The translations under genes were made by a program, and so were the position numbers. Below are positions 7,653 through 14,049 of a stretch of DNA of 32,000 nt, piece after piece (positions within the stretch are counted from its first letter, which is position 1; the number at the start of each line of letters is the position of its first letter). The stretch spans positions 859,821 through 891,820 of the forward strand of contig CAWHDH010000017.1 in NCBI GenBank assembly GCA_963828075.1, given 5' to 3'. The stretch is from an uncultured Solirubrobacterales bacterium (GTDB lineage Bacteria; Actinomycetota; Thermoleophilia; Solirubrobacterales; Solirubrobacteraceae). The notes under the pieces were generated by a model. It saw only the letters and a program-made list of their open reading frames with translations. It did not search any database and had not been told where the DNA came from.

Positions 7653-8573
7653 GTGAATCTCATCCGCCGCATTGAGGCCTGTCACGGCGAGTTCCTGCTC
7701 TTCTCCCTCACCCCACCGCGTCTAGCGACGGAACCCGGGCAGGTGCGGGAGATCGCCGACGTGACCACCGCGCGTCTGCGCCCGCTCGGCCTGGACGGCC
7801 TGATCCTCTACGACATCGCCGACGAAGCGGAGCGCAACCAGGCCGAGCGCCCGTTCCCGTTCATGCCGACGCTGGATCCTGCTGACTACCTCGCCGATCA
7901 CCTCAACACCTGGCCAACGCCGGTGATCGTGTATCGCGCGGTGGGCAAGTACACGCCCGATGAGCTTCGGGCGTGGCTGACGGCGCAGGATCCAGCACGG
8001 GTTATGACGGTCCTCGTCGGAGCGGCCTCGAGCACCGCGGCCACTCGAACGTCGCTCGCCGACGCCCAAGCGCTGCGCCGGGACGCCAACGCGGCGCTCA
8101 AGCTAGGCGGCGTCGCGATCCCCGAGCGCCACAGCCGGCGCGAGGATGAGCATCTGCGCCTGCTGGCCAAGCAGGAGGCGGGTTGCCGGTTCTTCGTCAC
8201 GCAGGTCGTCTACGACCTGAACGCAGCGAAAAACTTCGTGTCCGACTACCACTATGAGTGCCGGTCGCGCGGCGTGTCACGGGTCCCGCTCGTCTTCACG
8301 TTCTCGGTCTGCGGGTCGATGAAGACGTTGGCCTTCCTGCGGTGGCTCGGCGTCGACGTGCCGCGGTGGATCGAGAACGACCTTCGACACGCCGCTGACC
8401 CACTCGAAGCCTCCTACCAACAGGCGCTCACGACAGCCACCGAGTTGATCGCGTACTGCCGCACGCTCGACGTTCCCTTCGGCATCAACGTCGAGAGCGT
8501 CTCGATCCGTCGCGTGGAGATCGAAGCCTCGGTGCGCCTCGCCGAAGCGCTCCGAGCGCAGCTCAGGAGCTAG
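7653..8573 (+). CDS. Methylenetetrahydrofolate reductase (MetF/MTHFR)-like TIM-barrel protein
   Basis: Its layout resembles MetF. FLLFSLTPPR corresponds to FSFEFFPP(K/R)T. GGVAIPERH...LLAKQEAGCRFFVTQVVYD corresponds to AAYPExHP...K.dAGAdf.ITQ.fFD. The C-terminal part has VDVPRWI. The GTG start at 7653 is inferred from where the homology begins. The ORF is open upstream to 7380, but that part is Arg/Ser/Pro-rich. Confidence 0.6.
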   Translation: MNLIRRIEACHGEFLLFSLTPPRLATEPGQVREIADVTTARLRPLGLDGLILYDIADEAERNQAERPFPFMPTLDPADYLADHLNTWPTPVIVYRAVGKYTPDELRAWLTAQDPARVMTVLVGAASSTAATRTSLADAQALRRDANAALKLGGVAIPERHSRREDEHLRLLAKQEAGCRFFVTQVVYDLNAAKNFVSDYHYECRSRGVSRVPLVFTFSVCGSMKTLAFLRWLGVDVPRWIENDLRHAADPLEASYQQALTTATELIAYCRTLDVPFGINVESVSIRRVEIEASVRLAEALRAQLRS

Positions 8574-8754
8574 TCGCACGCGACTGGGGCGGCGACGTCA
8601 GCGGCGAGTCGGTGCCGTACATGCCCGCCAGCCCTAATCCCAACTAAATCGTGTACCGAAGCAAGTCCAGCACGGTCCCGTGGCAGCGGCGACCGCTCGC
8701 ACTCTCAGCACCAGCAAGCAGCAGGCGGTGACTGCTGGTTTCCATGCGCGAGCG

Positions 8755-9462
8755 TCACCGCGGCCAGGACAAGCCAGCGCTCGCGGGGAGCATCGGCGCC
8801 CGGCGGGCGTAGACGGTGTCGATGATCTCGGCGTTGTCGATGCCCTGTAGGTAAACGGACGTCACGCCGAGGTTCGCGTGGCCGAGCTGGCGTTGGATGA
8901 CGTTCAGCGGCACGCCTTCGCGAGCCATCTCGACCGCATGCGCGTGACGGAGTTGATGCGGCGCGAACCGCCGACGCACTCCCGCGTCGAACGCGAGGCG
9001 CCGGAGGGTCGCTCGAGCCGCGGCGGCTGACCATGGCCGGCCACGGGTCGACCCCGTGAGCACGCAGATCAGGGAGCCGACTGGCAGCTCGACGCGCCGC
9101 TCGAGCCACGGCGAGAGCTGCTCCCAGCCCCACGGGTCCATGCCGACCTCTCGACGTTTGTCACCTTTGCCGTGGCGGACGAGGACTGCGCCGCGCCGTC
9201 GGTCAAGGTCGCTCTCGGCGAGATCGAGCGCTTCGCTGATCCGAAGACCCGCTCGCCAGAGCAAGACCACAAGGGCACGCGCTCGCAGCCCATGCGGGCC
9301 ATCGCCGGCCGAGCGCATGACGGCGACGATTTCCTCGACGGTCGGCGGATCGGCCGGATAGCGCAGACCCTTGTTGCGCGGCGCGCGGCCACAGTGATAG
9401 CCGGGCAAGGTCGCCGGCGAGCGACGCCGACCAGCGGCGTCGAGAAGCACGAGAGTGGTCAT
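8755..9462 (-). CDS. Short tyrosine recombinase/integrase (catalytic domain with only a minimal N-terminal region)
   Basis: The catalytic signature is present: AGLRISEAL (Arg), HQLRHAH (His-x-x-Arg), LGHANLGVT (His) and SVYLQG (Tyr). The ATG at 9462 (MTTLVLLD...) gives 235 aa. The upstream 95 codons of the ORF look non-coding. Confidence 0.85.
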   Translation of the reverse strand: MTTLVLLDAAGRRRSPATLPGYHCGRAPRNKGLRYPADPPTVEEIVAVMRSAGDGPHGLRARALVVLLWRAGLRISEALDLAESDLDRRRGAVLVRHGKGDKRREVGMDPWGWEQLSPWLERRVELPVGSLICVLTGSTRGRPWSAAAARATLRRLAFDAGVRRRFAPHQLRHAHAVEMAREGVPLNVIQRQLGHANLGVTSVYLQGIDNAEIIDTVYARRAPMLPASAGLSWPR

Positions 9463-9728
9463 CGACGCAGCCTCGACGGATCCCAGCTCAGCCACCCCGC
9501 TGCCAGGCAAGCACTCGCTCCCACTCCGCATGGAAAGGGTGGTCGCGTGCGCGCGCAGCCCACTAGTGCCGCCATGCGAAGCGGCTGCGCCGCGGGGCCA
9601 CTCGGTTGTCATGCTCATCGGCGTGACCGGCCCGATCTCGTTTCTAAACCGATCCCTCTGGACCGAAGTCGAGCGGTATCCCGCGGTCGAACCAGACGCG
9701 CTCTCCCCATTACGAGGAGGCAGTGGGT

Positions 9729-10052
9729 ATGCGCCTCCCCGACGCACTGCGGACCCTGCTGCTAGACGAAGGAGCGATCAGGGGCTGGGTCGGCTCGTAC
9801 TACCTCTGCCTCGTGCACCCAGGCTTGGCGCTCGAGATTCGCAACGAGCAGCTGAGCTACGGATGGAGCCCAGATTTTGTTCTGTTCGCCGACGACGGCA
9901 GCCGCAAGCAATTCTTCATCGCGAGCAGCGACGGATCCATCTGGCTGTCTGACATTCTCACTTACGCCCAAGACGGCGAACCGTTCGCCGACGGGCTGGA
10001 AACGTTCGCGAAGCAAATCGAGCAGGAAGGCCAGGACCCGCTTCCACTATGA
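9729..10052 (+). CDS. SMI1/KNR4 (SUKH superfamily)-like immunity protein
   Basis: MRLPDALRTLLLDEG...PDFVLFADDGSRKQFFIASSDGSIWLSD...FADGLETFAKQIEQE fits the SUKH pattern (LPxxyxxFLxxxNG ... ipFAxDGgGnxxcfd ... sFeeFl). A strong RBS (GAGGAGG, 9714-9720) lies 8 nt before the ATG at 9729. Confidence 0.68.
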   Translation: MRLPDALRTLLLDEGAIRGWVGSYYLCLVHPGLALEIRNEQLSYGWSPDFVLFADDGSRKQFFIASSDGSIWLSDILTYAQDGEPFADGLETFAKQIEQEGQDPLPL

Positions 10053-10265
10053 CGCCAGGAGCGGTAGCGCGATCTCGCTGGCGCGCCGCTGTCGCTGTGG
10101 ACGAGAAGCGCAATTCGCGCAAAGCAGCCCTCGCCGCGGATCAGCCGGAGCCGGCCAACACCAGATAGAAAAGCGGAGCAAAGGGTCATGACCCAGCCCC
10201 TAGTGAGCGTCTCTTGCAATTCCATCGCCCGGGAACTCTTTGACCACCGGTGAGGTTGGCTCTGA

Positions 10266-11120
10266 TCAGCTTCTAAGCCTGCGGATCAAGTTCGCGAGCA
10301 TGATGGTCGCGTCGGCCGCAAGCCCGGCGTCGCGGCGGCTTGGCGTCGTGCGGTGCTTAATCGCCTGGGCTGCCTCGATCGTCGCCCGCGCGAGCTTCCG
10401 TAGCTCAGCGTTCTCCGGTCCGGGCAGTTCGACCTCGACGATGCGGTCCAAGCGGTCCTTGGTCCTAGCGACGGGCGGCTCGGATTCGTTCGCTCGCGAG
10501 TGGCGTGCGGCGTCGTAGGCAGCGGCGCTAATCGCTTCGATGACGATGACGCAATCGTTACCGACGTTCCTGTAGTCCTGGGGAGTAGTTGCGCTTTGGA
10601 AGTGGCGACGTAATTCGGCAACCTCTGCGTCGACCTTGGTCCACCCGGTGCGGCCGCGAGGACTAACAGCTTCGGCCAGGGACGACGTGAGCGATTGCGA
10701 TTCCAGGTCGGCCAGCTGATCATGCAGGGCATCGAAGATGCCGCCCAGGATGTCGCGGCGCGCTTGCCAACCGCCCGCGCCGCTGGCGCCGGTACGTATC
10801 CAGTAGCTGCGAAACGTCGTGAAATCCCGAAACCGAACGTCGGGGACGTCCGCGCCGAGACGCGTGCACACCGCTCGTAATGCCAGAAGCGCGTCGCGCA
10901 TGTCGGCGTCGTCCATAATCTCGCCGCCACCCGTGCCGAACGCCTCAAGCTCGTCGTGGATCAAGCGCGCGAGTCCCACCGCAGTTTCCACGTCGGGCGC
11001 GTTGCTCAGCGGCCCTTGTCGGAGCCGTCGCGCGACGTCTCGACGGAATCGACGAACTGTTGAGTCGAACCCGAACCCAGAGGGCTCAACCGTCTCCTCA
11101 ATGAAGTTCTCCGGCCGCAT
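10266..11120 (-). CDS. Hypothetical protein (284 aa, mostly helical), downstream member of a two-gene ORFan module
   Basis: This is a long clean ORF with ATG at 11120 and lower G+C than the core genome. It lies 88 nt downstream of the HEPN-like ORF on the same strand. No motif was recognised. Confidence 0.6.
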   Translation of the reverse strand: MRPENFIEETVEPSGFGFDSTVRRFRRDVARRLRQGPLSNAPDVETAVGLARLIHDELEAFGTGGGEIMDDADMRDALLALRAVCTRLGADVPDVRFRDFTTFRSYWIRTGASGAGGWQARRDILGGIFDALHDQLADLESQSLTSSLAEAVSPRGRTGWTKVDAEVAELRRHFQSATTPQDYRNVGNDCVIVIEAISAAAYDAARHSRANESEPPVARTKDRLDRIVEVELPGPENAELRKLARATIEAAQAIKHRTTPSRRDAGLAADATIMLANLIRRLRS

Positions 11121-11208
11121 GAGCTGGAACGTAGTTCGCGTCCCGACGTACGCAGACCTCTGCGCTGTCCCGGCTTAGGGCAACAAACGACACGATGGCG
11201 TATCGATT

Positions 11209-11769
11209 TCAGCCTTGCTTATCGGTCAGCCGCTCGATCTTTGCCTCAAGGTCTGGGTCCCAGTCCCATTCGTCGGCTTCGGGGAAGCGCTCTTTGGCGT
11301 CGTCGAGGATGCGCTCGAGCACCTCGATCTTCTCGCGGAGCATCTGCCTGAGGTCACGGTCCGGCGGCTCGGCAAGCCGTGGGTTACTCCCGCTTCGGGC
11401 CGGCCTGATCCGCAGTTCGGGCCGGGTGATTCCTACCTGGCTGTGGATCATGAGCGCACCCTCGTGCAGGACGTAGTTGCGGGCTTGCAGCAGGTAGGCG
11501 AACTCGGGGTCCGCGGCGAGTTGCCTCCGCACATCCGCGTACCACTCATCGAAGCCAGTGTCGTGCTTGAACTCCTTCTGGAGGAAGAGCGTGAAGCTGC
11601 GTATCGCCGAGATGGCGCTGTGGGTGTAGACCGCGTTGTCCGGCCACTGGGTCGGCGAATCCGAGAGGTGGGCCAGCATGAGCTTCGCCTGCTCGAGCAT
11701 CACCCAGGTGGGAACCCACCGTAAGAGGTCGTCGTAGTCGAGGTTGTCGAAGCCGAGGTCGCCGGGCAT
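11209..11769 (-). CDS. Hypothetical helical protein with a HEPN-like RNxxxH motif (candidate RNase/Abi-type effector)
   Basis: The protein contains ...EFAYLLQARNYVLHEGAL..., and RNYVLH is encoded at 11464-11481 (cgc aac tac gtc ctg cac, minus strand). Three predicted helices precede the motif, as in HEPN domains. I prefer the ATG at 11769; a TTG at 11802 is also possible. Confidence 0.55.
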   Translation of the reverse strand: MPGDLGFDNLDYDDLLRWVPTWVMLEQAKLMLAHLSDSPTQWPDNAVYTHSAISAIRSFTLFLQKEFKHDTGFDEWYADVRRQLAADPEFAYLLQARNYVLHEGALMIHSQVGITRPELRIRPARSGSNPRLAEPPDRDLRQMLREKIEVLERILDDAKERFPEADEWDWDPDLEAKIERLTDKQG

Positions 11770-11985
11770 GGAAGCCGTGGATCGCTGGCAACTCTCCCAC
11801 AAGTCGTCCGTAGTGCCTCATCCGTTGAAATGCTCTCGGGGCCTGCAGGCTCTCGCTTTCGCGTGGATGCGCTAGCTGGCGCTCAGGGTTCGGGACGACC
11901 GCAGCCAAACGGCTACTGGTGTCCGTCTACAGAGCAGACCGTGCAACTCGCGCTTCCTACTCAGCCGCTCACTCGCGAGGACGTC

Positions 11986-12135
11986 ATGACAGCCGGCGAG
12001 GTCGCCGAGCTCGTGAAGATCCCTCGGTCGACCGTCTACGATCTCGCGCGTCGCGGGCTGATTCCCGCGCACAGGATCGGGCGGGCGTGGCGGTTCGTCC
12101 GGCAGGAGATCGAGCAGTGGCTGCTCGCGAGCTGA
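11986..12135 (+). CDS. xis: Excisionase-family / MerR-type helix-turn-helix DNA-binding protein (Xis)
   Basis: MTAGEVAELVKIPRSTVYDLARRGLIPAHRIGRAWRFVRQEIEQWLLAS is a classic 50-aa excisionase-type HTH. GAGGA lies 5 nt upstream of the ATG at 11986. Confidence 0.8.
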   Translation: MTAGEVAELVKIPRSTVYDLARRGLIPAHRIGRAWRFVRQEIEQWLLAS

Positions 12136-12136
12136 G

Positions 12137-12412
12137 CTACGCGGGCTGGCGTTCGCGTCCGCTGGTCGCCCACCTATGGAGGGTCTCCGGGGCGATGTCG
12201 GCTCCGTTGGGCCAGACGATCGTGCCGAGCTCCTCGTCGAGGGTCGCGCGACGGAAGTAGGAGGGATCACGGAGCGGTTCGAAGACGCCGGACCACTCGG
12301 CCTGCGAGAACGCCACCTCTCCCTCGGAGCCATCGTCGAACGACACGCGGAGCCGATGGTCGGCGATGACCTCGAAAGCGGTGGCGTGGACGAGCTGGGC
12401 CACTGCGCTCAT
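12137..12412 (-). CDS. DUF2442 domain protein
   Basis: MSAVAQLVHATAFEVIADHRLRVSFDDGSEGEVAFS...GVFEPLRDPSYFRRATLDEELGTIVWPNGADIAPETL matches the DUF2442 consensus (YxLxVxFxDGxxGxxDL ... FxPLxDPxxFxxVxxDxELGTIxWPNGADLxPExLY). Its ATG at 12412 is 1 nt after the integrase stop. Confidence 0.75.
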   Translation of the reverse strand: MSAVAQLVHATAFEVIADHRLRVSFDDGSEGEVAFSQAEWSGVFEPLRDPSYFRRATLDEELGTIVWPNGADIAPETLHRWATSGRERQPA

Positions 12413-12413
12413 G

Positions 12414-13715
12414 CTAATCCGCGGCAACCGCGAGCCCCTGCGCCGTACCCTTGGAGCCGGTGGCAAAGGCGGCGTCGAGGCGCGCGTACTCCTCAGGGCG
12501 GTACTTGGCCGAGACGTAGCGGTCGGTCGTCGTGAGCTTCGCGTGGCCGAGCATGTCGCGGACGAAGACCGGGTCGGCGGTGCGGGCGACGATGCTGCCG
12601 GCGGCGTGGCGGAGGGCGTGGAGCCTGAGTGGGCGGAGGCCGGCGGCGGCGCAGGCGGCCTTGTAGCGGCGGCGGACGGCAGAGCCGTCGAGGCGCCTCC
12701 CCCACACGTTCGCGAAGACGTAGTCGTCGGGTGAGAGGAACTCGCCTCGCCCACGGAGGCGCTGCAGCACGTCGACGGCCGGCTGAGCGAGCGGGGCGAT
12801 GCGGAAGCGGCGGCCCTTCGGGATTCCTTCGACGTCGGCTGAGAGGCCGCGGCGGACGAGCAGCGTCCGGAGCTCGAGGTCGACGTCGTCCCAGCGGAGC
12901 GTCAGCGCCTCGCCGAGCCGGAGGCCGGTGAAGAACAACAGCCGGAACAGCTCGGCGTCCTGCTCATCGATGCGGATGTCGAGGGCGTCGCGGACGCGCC
13001 GCCGATGCTCCCCGGCGGCCGTCACCAGGGCGAGCGCCTCGATCTCATGGGGCTCGTAGTAGTCGAGCGCGGCCGGCGGGTCCTCCGGGCGCTTGTCGGT
13101 GCCGAGGACCGGGTTGGCCGGGAGGTTGTGCGCGTCCTCGCGACAGGCGTACTGGAACATCGCGGCGAGGACCTGGCGGTGCTTGTTGACGTTGCGCGGC
13201 GTCAGGCCCTCGGCGTCGAGCGTCCGGAGGAACCTCGAGATGTCGCGGGTGGTCACCGACTCGATCGGCCGGTCGCCGAGGGCGGCGAGGATGCGGCCGG
13301 CGCTCGACCGCCTGCCGCGCTTGAACGGCGTCCCCGGCTCGCGCAGCAGCGCCTCGTAGTCGCGCAGCGTCGACGGCTTGCTCTGCTTGACGTCTCGCTG
13401 CCACTCCAGCCAGTCGCGCGCGAGGTCGCGGACGAGGACCGGCCGGTTCGCCGCTTCACGCGCCAGCCGCTCGCGCTCAACCCGCTCCTCCCCCACCGCC
13501 GCGATCGTCGCAACCGCCGCCGCGTGGGCGCCCCGCTCGTCCAACCAGCCATCACGGACGCGGCCCGCGCGCCGCGCCCATCCCCCATCAGCCGCCGTCA
13601 ACCAGGCCGGACCGAGGCGTCGCTTGAGCTGCTGACCACCGGCTCGCCACTTGACCTCGTAGTACGGAACCCCGCCCTTCCCGACCCGCACGACGAGGTT
13701 GTACGAGGCCGCCAT
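12414..13715 (-). CDS. int: Tyrosine integrase of the island
   Basis: 433 aa. The N-terminal arm-binding/SAM-like region is followed by a catalytic domain with TGLRLGEALTLRWDDVDL, HALRHAAGS, LGHAKLTTTDRYV. It lies 145 nt from attR. Confidence 0.9.
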   Translation of the reverse strand: MAASYNLVVRVGKGGVPYYEVKWRAGGQQLKRRLGPAWLTAADGGWARRAGRVRDGWLDERGAHAAAVATIAAVGEERVERERLAREAANRPVLVRDLARDWLEWQRDVKQSKPSTLRDYEALLREPGTPFKRGRRSSAGRILAALGDRPIESVTTRDISRFLRTLDAEGLTPRNVNKHRQVLAAMFQYACREDAHNLPANPVLGTDKRPEDPPAALDYYEPHEIEALALVTAAGEHRRRVRDALDIRIDEQDAELFRLLFFTGLRLGEALTLRWDDVDLELRTLLVRRGLSADVEGIPKGRRFRIAPLAQPAVDVLQRLRGRGEFLSPDDYVFANVWGRRLDGSAVRRRYKAACAAAGLRPLRLHALRHAAGSIVARTADPVFVRDMLGHAKLTTTDRYVSAKYRPEEYARLDAAFATGSKGTAQGLAVAAD

Positions 13716-13786
13716 TTCGGCGAGGGTACCACCGATTTCGGCGAGGGTACCAACTCCTCCGCGGGTACCACTTTGGGTACCAAACG
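13714..13786 (+). promoter_or_regulatory. Cluster of four GGGTACCA motifs between int and attR, including a 21-bp tandem duplication (candidate arm-type sites / int promoter region)
   Basis: ATTTCGGCGAGGGTACCA occurs twice in tandem (13714-13734 and 13735-13755), and the first copy overlaps the int start codon. Further GGGTACCA copies lie at 13763-13770 and 13775-13782. Confidence 0.45.
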
Positions 13787-13860
13787 ACCCCGATTCAACG
13801 CTCCAAAGCCATAAAACCGCGATCTAGCCTTCCCGTTTCAGAGCCAAATCGCCCCTCATT

Positions 13861-13910
13861 GTCTGCTTGCCATGCAGAAGGTCGAGGGTTCGAGTCCCTT
13901 CATCCGCTTG
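13861..13910 (+). repeat. attR: 50-bp direct repeat (orphan 3' half of tRNA-Gly)
   Basis: Identical to 3694-3743. It lacks the tRNA acceptor 5' strand and D arm, so it is not a functional tRNA. Confidence 0.9.
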
Positions 13911-13918
13911 TGAGGAAA

Positions 13919-13945
13919 GCCCCGGTAATCGGGGCCTTTTCTTTG
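13919..13945 (+). terminator. Rho-independent terminator (probably the original chromosomal tRNA-Gly terminator, now orphaned)
   Basis: Stem GCCCCG / CGGGGC with loop GTAAT, followed by CTTTTCTTT. It is homologous to, but diverged from, the hairpin at 3752-3775. Confidence 0.6.
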
Positions 13946-14049
13946 GTCTGAGCGGCCGTTTTCTGGGGTCTGGTGGTCGCCCGTCCCACCTGCGGGTACC
14001 GTGCCCCTCGGGCCGTACGGCCCCGAGAGCCCATCGAGGAGGACCGCTC

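Larger units (their letters stand above)
3694..13910. mobile_element. tRNA-Gly-integrated genomic island / integrative element (~10.2 kb including both att repeats)
   Basis: Evidence is the perfect 50-bp direct repeats, of which the left one is part of an intact tRNA. A tyrosine integrase and an excisionase sit at the right end. G+C is visibly lower and codon usage differs in several cargo genes (5190-6100, 9750-11900). The cargo is accessory/conflict-type genes. Confidence 0.85.

Noticed and set aside
9463-9747. N-terminal 95-codon extension of the short recombinase ORF
   Set aside because: The extension shows no similarity to integrase N-terminal domains. It overlaps the RBS and start of the divergent SUKH gene. 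The recombinase-like sequence begins at the ATG at 9462.
12413-12754. Upstream 114 codons of ORF 12137-12754(-)
   Set aside because: This stretch overlaps the 3' end of the integrase gene in another frame and is Ser/Pro/Thr/Ala-rich. The DUF2442 homology starts exactly at the ATG at 12412.
13861-13910. Possible second tRNA or pseudo-tRNA gene
   Set aside because: Only the anticodon arm, variable loop, T arm and 3' acceptor strand are present, with no 5' acceptor strand or D arm. It is the attR copy of the integration-site duplication.
13867-14049. N-terminal 61-codon extension of the tail-fibre-like ORF as given in the ORF track
   Set aside because: The extension would be translated through the tRNA remnant and a terminator hairpin. 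A strong RBS (GAGGAGG) and a signal-like peptide begin at the ATG at 14050.
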